Assembly (NCBI GenBank): GCA_023264975.1
Contig: JAHFUS010000003.1
Location: 26,921 to 90,920, forward strand
Origin: Actinomycetes bacterium
Lineage (GTDB): Bacteria > Actinomycetota > Acidimicrobiia > Acidimicrobiales > GCA-2861595
Length of the DNA stretch: 64,000 nt
Direction: 5' to 3'
This document shows positions 42,476-53,481 of the stretch, in pieces; within the stretch, counting starts at the first letter, position 1; each line of letters starts with the position of its first letter. Below the pieces are notes generated by a model. It ran no database searches and had not been told where the DNA came from. It saw nothing but the letters and a program-made list of their open reading frames with translations. Made by a program: the position numbers and the translations under genes.

Positions 42476-42924
42476 GCCCGGTCGGGCCGCCCGGAGCCGG
42501 GAACGACCCGTGTTCCCTGTCGTCCGCGACACCTGCGGCGGCCGGGCTCCGCCGCCGCATCCGTGACAGCGGCGGCCAGGCCGCCGTCGAGTTGGCACTG
42601 GTGCTGCCGTTGCTCGCCATGCTGATGCTCCTCGTGGTGCAGACGGCGCTGGTGGTGCGCGACCAGGTGCTGGTCGTCCACGCCGCCAGGGAGGCCGCCC
42701 GGGCGGCGGCGGTCGACCCGTCGGCCGGCGCCCCCCGGCGGGCGGCACTGGCGGCGGCGTCCCTCGACCCGGCCCGGCTGGTCGTGCGGGTGGCGCCGGC
42801 GTCCACCGGCCGCCAGGTCGCTGTGACTGTTTCGTATAGGTCGGCGACGATTGCCCCTATCATTGGCCTGCTGTTGCCCGACATTCTCCTGGAGGGGCGT
42901 GCCTCCATGAGACGGGAGTTCTGA
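42472..42924 (+). CDS. TadE-like pseudopilin
   Basis: GTGA overlap with flp. The TadE N-terminal motif is GQAAVELALVLPLLAMLMLLVVQ. Only the last 150 aa of track ORF 41290-42924 are credible. Confidence 0.7.
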   Translation: MSPVGPPGAGNDPCSLSSATPAAAGLRRRIRDSGGQAAVELALVLPLLAMLMLLVVQTALVVRDQVLVVHAAREAARAAAVDPSAGAPRRAALAAASLDPARLVVRVAPASTGRQVAVTVSYRSATIAPIIGLLLPDILLEGRASMRREF

Positions 42925-43079
42925 GCGGTTCCGACCAACTTGTTCGAGATGCCCCAGGCCGCCGGTCGATGCAGCGGCAAAGGGCGTCATCGAACTGCGG
43001 CCGGGCCGTCTAGTGATTGGTTGTCGCACCGAGCATGCGGAGCGGCGGCACGGGTTTGACGAAAGGGACGGGACGCAAG

Positions 43080-44285
43080 ATGGCAAGGATCCGACGGCTC
43101 GCAGCACTCGCGGCGGCCACCGCACTTATGGGCGCCTTCGTAGCGGGCCCCGCTTCGGCGCAGACTGCCAAGCCCGAGTCCTATGTGGGGAGCGCGGCCG
43201 GCGCCGCCCTCGACCTCAGTGTGCTGTCCCTACCCAAGGTCACACTGGGCGTGTCCACCAGCAAGGTCACCTCGCTGCTCACCGCTGTCGGTGAAGGCGC
43301 GGGCTCGCTCGGCCTGCTCGGGTCCACGATCCGGGCCGAGGTGAACACCTCGGGCAACGACGTGAAGGGCCCGAGCTGCGCGCTGCCCCTGCCCGTCGCG
43401 AACCTGTTGAACCTGGGCCTGGCCTGCGGCTCGGCCACCGCCAACATCACCGCCAACAACCCGGTGGCGACGAGCGAGGGTTCGGTGGCATCCATCGACG
43501 TGTCCGGCCAGAACCTGCTCGACTCGGTCGCTTCCGTCACCGACCTGGTGAGCGGCACGGTGGCGACCGCCCTCGCCCCGGTCTGCACCACCCTGGCGGT
43601 CCTCTGCCCGGTCACCGCCACCGTGAACGACGTGCTGAGCAGCGTGCTCGACACCAAGACCCTCGAGGTCGCGGCAGGCAAGTCGGTGTCCACCGTTACC
43701 ACCGCCGCCGGCAAGGTAACCGCCAAGGCGATCTCGGAGGGCGCCGTGATCAAGCTGCTGCCCCTGCCGGTGGTGGGCGGTGTGGTCAGCGACGAGCCGC
43801 TGGCCACCATCACCGTCGGCACGGCCGCGGCCACGGCCGTTTACGACCGGGCCACCGGCGTCGCCACGCCCACCATCGACCCTGCCCTCGTGACGGTGAA
43901 GCTCAACACGGTGCTCACCACCGCCCTGGGCATCCCCGCCACGATCAGCGTCCCCATCGGCACCAGCCTGATCCTGCCCGGCACTGCCGGCACGCCGCTG
44001 GAGACCGAGATCGTGGTTGCTGCCGGCCGCACGGTCAAGAACGCCGACGGCACCGTCAGCGCCTTCGCCGACGCCGTCAAGATCCACGCTCTCAAGGGCG
44101 TGAGCGGCGGCATCCTGCTCAACCTGGCACGGGCCGAAGCGGGCGTGGGCGGTACGGTCGCCGTGGCCGCGCCCCCGGTCCTCGAGCTGCCCCGCACGGG
44201 CGGCACGCCGTGGCTGCCGCTCGCCGGCGTCGGCGTGCTCGGGCTCGCGGTCCTGGTCCGCAGGTTCGTCGTCCGCCCCAACTAA
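43080..44285 (+). CDS. LPXTG-anchored cell-wall surface protein (401 aa), Thr/Val/Ala/Leu-rich
   Basis: ATG at 43080. The signal peptide ends in ASA-QT. The C-terminal sorting signal is LPRTG plus hydrophobic segment (TPWLPLAGVGVLGLAVLV) plus RRFVVR. Confidence 0.8.
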   Translation: MARIRRLAALAAATALMGAFVAGPASAQTAKPESYVGSAAGAALDLSVLSLPKVTLGVSTSKVTSLLTAVGEGAGSLGLLGSTIRAEVNTSGNDVKGPSCALPLPVANLLNLGLACGSATANITANNPVATSEGSVASIDVSGQNLLDSVASVTDLVSGTVATALAPVCTTLAVLCPVTATVNDVLSSVLDTKTLEVAAGKSVSTVTTAAGKVTAKAISEGAVIKLLPLPVVGGVVSDEPLATITVGTAAATAVYDRATGVATPTIDPALVTVKLNTVLTTALGIPATISVPIGTSLILPGTAGTPLETEIVVAAGRTVKNADGTVSAFADAVKIHALKGVSGGILLNLARAEAGVGGTVAVAAPPVLELPRTGGTPWLPLAGVGVLGLAVLVRRFVVRPN

Positions 44286-44431
44286 CCCAACCGAAGGACA
44301 CTGTGCGGTTCCTGGAAATCCGGGAACCGTCCGGGTCGCAGCGCCGTTGGTGACATCGAGGGTCAGCGTGTGGTCGCCCTTGTTGGCCCTGTCCGTCCGT
44401 GTTTCGAGCCGCCCACGCCGAGGAGAAGACC

Positions 44432-45055
44432 GTGGACCCGCTGATCAACATGCTCCGTCGATCCCGCGGAGCCCGCTTCGGGCTCTCCGCACTGTCGGTG
44501 GTGCTGTTCCTCTCGGCCGTGGGGCTGCTCGGGTATCCCGTGTACACGAACTTCTACCAGACCAGGGTCCAGAGCCGGCTCGACAAGGAGATCGCCAGCC
44601 CCGAGCACATCGCCCGCTACAAGGCCGGCGCGCTCAAGGACGGCGACGCCCTCACAAGGATCAAGATCCCGGCGCTCGATGTCGACGTGGTGGTGGTGGA
44701 GGGCACCTCTGCCAGTGCGCTGCGGGCCGGAGCCGGCCATTACCCGAAGACACCGCTGCCCTGCGAGGCGGGCAACGTGTCCATCGCCGGGCACCGCACC
44801 ACCTACGGCAAGCCGTTCGCCAACGTCGACCGGCTCAAGACGGGTGACACGATCATCCTGGAGACGCCAATCGGCTCGTGCACCTACGAGGTGAGCAGGG
44901 CGCCCTTCGTCACCACGCCGGTCGACTTCTCTGTCGTGGCCAACGACCCGGCGGTCCACGCCCTCACCCTCACCACGTGCAATCCCAAGGGCTCGGCCAG
45001 GGAGCGCCTCGTCATCAAGGCCACGCTCACAAAGGGCGCGGCGACCCAGGCATGA
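44432..45055 (+). CDS. Sortase (class E-like) transpeptidase
   Basis: GTG at 44432 lies 6 nt after GAGGAG. There is an N-terminal TM anchor. Catalytic His is in IAGHRTTYG, Cys in TLTTCNP, and Arg in ERLVIKA. Confidence 0.85.
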   Translation: MDPLINMLRRSRGARFGLSALSVVLFLSAVGLLGYPVYTNFYQTRVQSRLDKEIASPEHIARYKAGALKDGDALTRIKIPALDVDVVVVEGTSASALRAGAGHYPKTPLPCEAGNVSIAGHRTTYGKPFANVDRLKTGDTIILETPIGSCTYEVSRAPFVTTPVDFSVVANDPAVHALTLTTCNPKGSARERLVIKATLTKGAATQA

Positions 45056-46464
45056 CGGCTCGCCTGCCCAGGGGGGTGGTGGCCGCCAGCGTCGTGCTGG
45101 CGGGGTTGGTCATGCAGGCCCAGCCGGCGTCGGCGCACGCCACGGTGACGGTCTCGTCGCCCGGCGCCAGCCAGGTGCTCGACGTTCCCGAGGGCACCGT
45201 TACCGGGCAGATCTCGCTCGGCACGCACACCCTGGGCGGCACCTCGGTCGACAAGGTCACCATGAGGCTGTCGCTCGGCGGCCAGCCCGACGTCACGGCC
45301 AACCAGGCCCCGACCGGCAACACCTTCTCCTTCCCGGTCGACCTCCCCCGCAACGGCTCGTACGACGTCACGATCTCGGCGTTGTGGAAGCACACCGCCT
45401 TCGGTGACAGCACCACCGGCACCGCCGCTGCCACCCGGACCTTCCTCGTCGCCGTTTTTCCCGCCCGGCCCAAGAACGTGAGGACCGCCGTCGACGCCGC
45501 CTCCCGCTCCGTGGCGGTCACGTGGGACAAGAACGCCGAGCCCGACCTCATCCGCTACGAGGTCAGGCGGTTCAAGGGCACCAGCTCCGACTTCACCACC
45601 GTGGCCAAGCCCAGGCCAAGCGAGACCAGCTTCGTCGACGCCACCACCTCAGCCGCCGGCGGCGACTACCGCTACCAGGTAGTGGCCGTGCGCAAGGGCG
45701 TGCCGGGGAACGAGGAGCTCAGCTCCGACCCGTCCGAGATGACGGCCGAGTCCACCGCCAAGGTGCCCGACCCGCCGCCCCCGCCCACCACCGCCGCTCC
45801 GGCCGGCTCCGCCGGTACCGCCGGTACCGCCGGTACCGCCGGTGCCGCCGCCGCCGCCGGCGGCGGGACGGGCACAGCGTCCTCCATCCCCGCCGGCAGC
45901 CCGGGCGCCCTCACAACCCCCGGCACCGTCGACGTGTCGGGCTTCAACAACGTGCGCAACCAGACCCGCTCCGTCACGCCCCGCACGCTCCCCCTGCCCG
46001 ACCCTGGTTTCCAGAGCACCCTGCCCTTCGCCCCCGGTGAGAGGATCGCCGACGAGCCCCTGGTCGACGAGGGCGGCGACCTGGGCGAGGTGGCCGCCGA
46101 CAGCCGGTACCGGGAGCTGGGTGACGAGACGTCGAGCACCGACAAGGCCCGCACGATGGCCTTCTTCGCCGCCGGCCTGCTGGCGACGGTGCTGCTCATG
46201 CACGTCCTGTGGGTGAAGAGCGAGGTGAGGCGGGTCCCGCTCGAGGCGCTCGAGCCCGAGGACCTGGTGCCGGCAGACGGGTGGTCGTCGTCGGGCAAGG
46301 GTCGCCGCGGCCGCCGCAAGGACGGCCCGGGCCCCACTCTCGATGACATCGGCGAGACCGACTACGCGCCCGTTGTCGTGGCCCCCGACCTGAAGGGCGC
46401 CAGGGGGCCCGCCCGCCCAGGCGCCCGGGCCGGGCGCCGCCAGAGGGTCACCACCGGCGCCTGA
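45052..46464 (+). CDS. Exported FN3-domain protein with Pro/Gly/Ala linker and C-terminal TM anchor (470 aa)
   Basis: ATGA overlap with the sortase stop. Signal ...AQPASA-HA. The Ig/FN3-like part is PKNVRTAVDAASRSVAVTWDKNAEPDLIRYEVRR...YRYQVVAV. A PPPPP-GTAGTAG linker precedes TM MAFFAAGLLATVLLMHVLWV and a basic cytoplasmic tail. Confidence 0.7.
   Translation: MTARLPRGVVAASVVLAGLVMQAQPASAHATVTVSSPGASQVLDVPEGTVTGQISLGTHTLGGTSVDKVTMRLSLGGQPDVTANQAPTGNTFSFPVDLPRNGSYDVTISALWKHTAFGDSTTGTAAATRTFLVAVFPARPKNVRTAVDAASRSVAVTWDKNAEPDLIRYEVRRFKGTSSDFTTVAKPRPSETSFVDATTSAAGGDYRYQVVAVRKGVPGNEELSSDPSEMTAESTAKVPDPPPPPTTAAPAGSAGTAGTAGTAGAAAAAGGGTGTASSIPAGSPGALTTPGTVDVSGFNNVRNQTRSVTPRTLPLPDPGFQSTLPFAPGERIADEPLVDEGGDLGEVAADSRYRELGDETSSTDKARTMAFFAAGLLATVLLMHVLWVKSEVRRVPLEALEPEDLVPADGWSSSGKGRRGRRKDGPGPTLDDIGETDYAPVVVAPDLKGARGPARPGARAGRRQRVTTGA
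45802..45846 (+). repeat. 9-bp tandem repeat (5 units, 3 identical) inside the FN3-protein linker
   Basis: GCCGGCTCC GCCGGTACC GCCGGTACC GCCGGTACC GCCGGTGCC encodes AGS-AGT-AGT-AGT-AGA. Confidence 0.8.
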
Positions 46465-46473
46465 CGGTCATGG

Positions 46474-46569
46474 TCGATGGACCGGCCTCCCGGGCGGTCA
46501 CTGGTGCACCATCCCTACGGGATGCCGCACAGTGCATTGCTCGATGGACCGGCCTCCCGGGCCGGTCAC
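46474..46569. repeat. Two copies of a 28/29-nt element, each containing a hairpin, in the intergenic region upstream of the STAS gene
   Basis: Copy 1 (46474-46501) is TCGATGGACCGGCCTCCCGGGCGGTCAC. Copy 2 (46541-46569) is TCGATGGACCGGCCTCCCGGGCCGGTCAC. Copy 2 folds as GACCGGCC-TCCCG-GGCCGGTC. Confidence 0.7.
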
Positions 46570-46699
46570 GGGACCTCCTCGCTGAACTCGGCCGGGCCCC
46601 CATGAGGGCCGCCGTCCGGACGTCGAGTGTCTGGTCCGAGCCGGTGCGGGGTAGCTTTCCGGGGCAAGCGGCGCGCGGGCGCCCGGAGGGAGGATCGTC

Positions 46700-47041
46700 A
46701 TGGATCTCGGTCTCGACGTCACCGAGTACGACAACGGCATCACCGTGCTCGCGGTTCGTGGCGAGGTCGACGTGTACACGGCGCCCAGGCTCCGGGAGAA
46801 ACTCGTCGAGCTGGTGAGCAAGGGCAAGCACCAGATCGTGGTCGACCTGGAGGCGGTGGACTTCCTGGACTCCACCGGGCTCGGCGTGCTGGTGGGCGGC
46901 CTCAAGCGCCTGCGCAGCCACGAGGGGGACCTCAGCCTGGTGTGCACGCAGCAGCGCATCCTGAAGGTGTTCGAGATCACCGGCCTCACCAAGGTGTTCA
47001 CGATCTACGAGTCCGTCGACGCCGCCACCACGGCTAAGTAG
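46700..47041 (+). CDS. Anti-sigma-factor antagonist (STAS domain, RsbV/SpoIIAA-like)
   Basis: [17 protein letters not shown] contains the phosphorylatable Ser context (DSTG). Length 113 aa. Confidence 0.9.
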   Translation: MDLGLDVTEYDNGITVLAVRGEVDVYTAPRLREKLVELVSKGKHQIVVDLEAVDFLDSTGLGVLVGGLKRLRSHEGDLSLVCTQQRILKVFEITGLTKVFTIYESVDAATTAK

Positions 47042-47048
47042 GAACCGG

Positions 47049-47513
47049 ATGGAAGCGGTGGAGGCGGCCCCCGTGATCGAGCTGGAGATCCCCGCCCGGG
47101 CGGAGTACGTGGGGCTGGCCCGCCTGGTGATGTCGTCGTTGGCCACGGCCCGGCGAGCGCTGGCCGAGGAGCGGATCGACGACCTGAAGTTGGCTGTCTC
47201 CGAGGCGTGCACCAATGCCATCGAGGCGCACGCCGACGTCGACGTCGACGAGCGGGTCACCCTGCGCTGGTCCGAGGGCGACGACCGCCTGGAGGTCCAG
47301 ATCGAGGACCGGGGCCAGGGTTTCGACCCGGGTCAGCTCCCCGAGCACCCGCCCGTCACCGACCCGGAGCGCCTCAACTTCGAGCGGGGCCTCGGCATCC
47401 CCCTCATCCGCACCCTGGTCGACGAGGTTTCCTTCGACCCGTCCGAAGCGGGCACATCGGTGCGGTTGGTCATGTTCTGCGGTCCTGCCGACGATCTCGA
47501 CGTGTCGTCGTAA
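47049..47513 (+). CDS. Anti-sigma factor / serine protein kinase (RsbW/SpoIIAB-like, HATPase_c)
   Basis: N-box VSEACTNAIEH-like (AVSEACTNAIEAH), G-boxes DRGQGF and GLGIPLIRTLVD. It is adjacent to the STAS partner. Confidence 0.85.
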   Translation: MEAVEAAPVIELEIPARAEYVGLARLVMSSLATARRALAEERIDDLKLAVSEACTNAIEAHADVDVDERVTLRWSEGDDRLEVQIEDRGQGFDPGQLPEHPPVTDPERLNFERGLGIPLIRTLVDEVSFDPSEAGTSVRLVMFCGPADDLDVSS

Positions 47514-47539
47514 CGGCGTCCATGCGCTACAACTGATCC

Positions 47540-47905
47540 ATGGCGCTCAAGAAGGCGTTCAAGCGCTTCACCACCCCGGTCAGCGAACTCGATCGCGACC
47601 GCCTGCGGGACTTCTGCTCCAAGGTCGACGGCGTCACCTGCATCAGCGACTGCCAGCCCCGCGCCGAGGTCACCGTGGTCGGCGAGATCACCAACGTCCG
47701 CATCGTCCCCCGGCCGGACGGCTCGCCGTGGCTGGAGGCGACGGTGAAGGACGGCACCGGCTCGCTCGAGGTCATGTGGACCGGCCGCACCCACATCGCC
47801 GGCGTGGTGGCAGGCCGCCGGCTCATCGTGAGCGGTCGGGGCAGCCCCAAGGGCCGAGGCGGCCGCCTCCTCGTCACCAACCCCCGCTACCAGCTGCTCG
47901 CCTAG
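47540..47905 (+). CDS. OB-fold nucleic-acid-binding domain protein
   Basis: VTVVGEITNVRIVPRPDGSPWLEATVKDGTGSLEVMWTGR has a tRNA_anti-like OB pattern. It is the conserved actinobacterial neighbour of trkA. Confidence 0.7.
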   Translation: MALKKAFKRFTTPVSELDRDRLRDFCSKVDGVTCISDCQPRAEVTVVGEITNVRIVPRPDGSPWLEATVKDGTGSLEVMWTGRTHIAGVVAGRRLIVSGRGSPKGRGGRLLVTNPRYQLLA

Positions 47906-47940
47906 CGTCTTCGTCCGCCGCCCTCCCCGGCGACTGCGGC

Positions 47941-47958
47941 CGCCGGCTTCCGCCGGCG
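47941..47958. terminator. Short GC hairpin between the convergent OB-fold and trkA genes
   Basis: CGCCGGC-TTCC-GCCGGCG, a 7-bp stem. Confidence 0.35.
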
Positions 47959-47978
47959 CTCTGCTACTCGGGCCGCCC

Positions 47979-48635
47979 CTACCGCCCGACGAGGATCCTC
48001 CTCACTGCTTCCTCGGACTCCGGCGTCACCAGCACGAGGACCTCGTCGCCGGCCTGGAGGACGGTGTCGCCCCTGGGGACGATGACGTGGCTCTCGCGGA
48101 CGACGGCCACGACGGTGGCGTCCCGGGGGGCCCCGAGCTCCTGGATCGACTGCTTGGCGGCCGGCGAGTCGTCGGCCAGGGTGACCTCGACCAGCTGGGC
48201 GTCTCGGAACTGGAGCAGGCGCACGAGTGATCCCACCGACACCGCTTCCTCCACCAGGGCGGTGAGGAGGTGGGGCGTGGACACCGAGACGTCGACGCCC
48301 CAGGACTCGTTGAACAGCCAGTAGTTCTTGGGGTGGTTCACCCGGGCGACCACGCGCGGCACCGCGAACTCCTGCTTCGCCAGCAGCGACACGACCAGGT
48401 TGTCTTCGTCGTCGCCGGTGGCGGCCACCACCACGTCGGCGTCGGCCAGGCCGGCCTCGTGGAGGTTGTTGACCTCGCAGGCGTCGCCCACGTACCACTG
48501 CACGTCGACGGTGGGCGACACCCGCGCCACCACGTCAGGGTCCTGCTCGATGATGAGGACCTCGTGGCCGGCGGCGTGCAGGTCGGCCGCGATGTACGTG
48601 CCGACGTTGCCCCCGCCGGCGATGGCGACCTTCAC
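47979..48635 (-). CDS. trkA: Potassium uptake protein TrkA (RCK/NAD-binding)
   Basis: MKVAIAGGGNVGTYIAADL Rossmann motif plus a C-terminal TrkA_C domain. Confidence 0.85.
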   Translation of the reverse strand: MKVAIAGGGNVGTYIAADLHAAGHEVLIIEQDPDVVARVSPTVDVQWYVGDACEVNNLHEAGLADADVVVAATGDDEDNLVVSLLAKQEFAVPRVVARVNHPKNYWLFNESWGVDVSVSTPHLLTALVEEAVSVGSLVRLLQFRDAQLVEVTLADDSPAAKQSIQELGAPRDATVVAVVRESHVIVPRGDTVLQAGDEVLVLVTPESEEAVRRILVGR

Positions 48636-49300
48636 CTGGCTGCCTCCGCCCCCGCCTGCAGGCGGAGCTCCAGATCGTCCACGCTGTCACGCGACACCAT
48701 GATGTGCAGCACGTCGCCCTCCTGGCCCACCAGGTTCGGCCCCACCATCTTGGCCACGCCGGCCCGGGTGACGGCGGCCACGCGGAAGGCATCCTGGTGG
48801 CCCATCCGGCTGAGGCGCTGGCCGGCCCAACCATCCGGCAGCACTCGTTCGACCATGGAGATGCCGCCCGAGGCGTCGGCCCACTCGACCACGGACGCGG
48901 CCGGGAACAGCCGGCGCAGCATCTGGTCTGTGGTCCACTGGACCTGGGCAACCGTCGGGATGCCGAGGCGCTCGTAGATCACGGCCCGGCGGGGATCCTG
49001 GATCCGGGCCACCACCGAGGGGATCTGGTAGGTCTCCCGGGCGATGCGGGCGGTGAGGATGTTGGAGTTGTCGCCGCCGGTGGCCGCCGCCAGCGCCTGC
49101 GCCTCCCTGACGCCAGCCTGCTCGAGATGGTCACGGTCGAAGCCGAAGCCCACCACCGCCTTCCCTCCCCAGTCGTCGGGCAGGTAGCGCTGGAAGGACC
49201 TGCGGTCCTTGTCGATCACGGCGACGGAGTGGCCGGCTCCGTCGAGGTTCATCGCCAGCTCCGATCCCACCCGTCCGCACCCAACCACCACGACATGCAT
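48632..49300 (-). CDS. trkA: Potassium uptake protein TrkA (second paralogue)
   Basis: ATG at 49300 gives MHVVVVGCGRVGSELAMNL. Its stop overlaps the downstream trkA start. Confidence 0.85.
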   Translation of the reverse strand: MHVVVVGCGRVGSELAMNLDGAGHSVAVIDKDRRSFQRYLPDDWGGKAVVGFGFDRDHLEQAGVREAQALAAATGGDNSNILTARIARETYQIPSVVARIQDPRRAVIYERLGIPTVAQVQWTTDQMLRRLFPAASVVEWADASGGISMVERVLPDGWAGQRLSRMGHQDAFRVAAVTRAGVAKMVGPNLVGQEGDVLHIMVSRDSVDDLELRLQAGAEAAR

Positions 49301-49434
49301 CGCCCCATCCAAATGCAGGCCACGGCTCGGCACAACTTCACCACCGGCCGGCGCCGTCCGGGAGGGCCCACCGCCCACCTCGTGCTCCAGCCGCCGACTG
49401 CGACGCCGCCACGCTGAAACGGGGATCTTGGTCG

Positions 49435-49463
49435 TTGTTTTTCGGCTGGCAAAATTGTAAGTT
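49435..49463 (+). promoter_or_regulatory. Candidate sigma-70-type promoter for the DtxR-family gene
   Basis: TTGTTT (49435-49440), a 17-nt spacer, then TAAGTT (49458-49463), in an AT-rich divergent intergenic region. AGAGG lies 9 nt before the ATG at 49479. Confidence 0.3.
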
Positions 49464-49478
49464 CAGAGGTCGAGAACT

Positions 49479-50209
49479 ATGGATGCATCACTTACGAAGT
49501 CCGAACGCGAGACGCTGAAGTCGATCTACCGGCTCACCGGTGGTCACGACGCCGCTCCCGACGCCCACACCGGGATGCTGGCCGAGGCGCTGAAGGTGAG
49601 CCCCGGCACGGTGACCGCGACCGTCAAGCGCCTGGCCGACCGGGGCCTGGCCGACCACAAGCCGTACCGAGGCGTCGAGCTCACCGCCCAGGGCCGCCGA
49701 GCGGCGGTCGCCGCCATCCGCCGCCACCGCATCGTGGAGCGGTTCCTGGCCGACATGCTCGGTTACGCGTGGAACGAGGCCGACCGCTTCGCCGCCAGCT
49801 TCGAACACGAGCTGCCCCAGGAGGTGGAGGACCGCCTGTACGTGGCGCTCGACCGTCCCGCTGCCTGCCCGCACGGGTTCCCCATTCCCGCCCCCGAGAT
49901 GGCCGACATCCCCGAGCTGCCGCCCCTGTACGCCCTGGAGCCGGGTGACGTGGCCGTAGTGGCCGTGCCCGGGTCCACCGACGCCGATGTCGTCGCCTTC
50001 CTCGACACCCTGGGCCTGCGCCCCGGTGTGCGGGTGGAGGTCCGTGAGAAGCACCCGTTCGACGGCCCCATGGTGCTGCTGGTGGACGGCCACCGGCGCA
50101 CCGTGGGCGACAAGGTCGCCCGCCAGATCTACGTCCGCCTGGAAGCGGTCGAGCCACCCGCGCCCGACCCACTCGTCCAGGCTCCCCTCGAAGCTGAAAA
50201 GGAGTCCGC

Positions 50210-50213
<4 letters not shown>
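49479..50213 (+). CDS. DtxR/IdeR/MntR-family metal-dependent transcriptional regulator with SH3-like/FeoA C-domain
   Basis: HTH region MLAEALKVSPGTVTATVKRL. Metal-site helix RRHRIVERFLADMLGY...ASFEHELPQEVEDRL...CPHGFPIP. Confidence 0.85.
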
Positions 50214-52876
<2,663 letters not shown>

Positions 52877-53481
52877 TCGGAAGCAGGTACTTGTCGACGT
52901 CGACCGCCTCGCCCAGCGCGTAGCCGATCATGGTGACGCCGACGCCCCACAGCAGGCCGCCCACCACGTTGTAGGTGGCGAAGGTGCGGTAGGGCATGTC
53001 GCTCATGCCGGCCACGATGGGGGCGAAGGTGCGTACGACGGGCACGAAGCGGGCCAGCACGATGGTGCGTGGGCCCTTGTCGTCGAAGTAGGCCTGCGCC
53101 TTCTCGAGGTGCTTCTTCTTGAACAGGCGGGAGTCGGGCCGGCCGAACAGGGCCGGCCCGACCTTGTTGCCGAAGGCGTAGCCCACCTGGTCGCCGACCA
53201 CCGCCGCCAGGAAGACGCCGACGAGGATGACCGGCAGGTTCAGGTCGCCCTTGGCGGCGAAGACACCGGCGGTGACCAGCAGCGAGTCGCCGGGCAGGAA
53301 GAAGCCGAACATCAGGCCCGACTCGGCGAAGACGACCAGGATCACCCCGATGGTGCCGAAAGTGGTGATCAGGTGGTCGGGGTTCACCAGGTCCATCGGT
53401 GGAGGCTACCGGGGGGTGTCGCGCCCGCTCGTGAGTGCCACGTTTGACAAGAGCCGTCGTGCCGCCCACGCTGACGCCGTC

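Noticed and set aside
46470-46817. A 115-aa plus-strand ORF spanning the duplicated 28-nt elements and running into the STAS gene.
   Set aside because: The translation is Arg/Ser/Pro/Ala-rich and out of frame with the STAS gene. The duplicated hairpins explain the sequence better than coding does.
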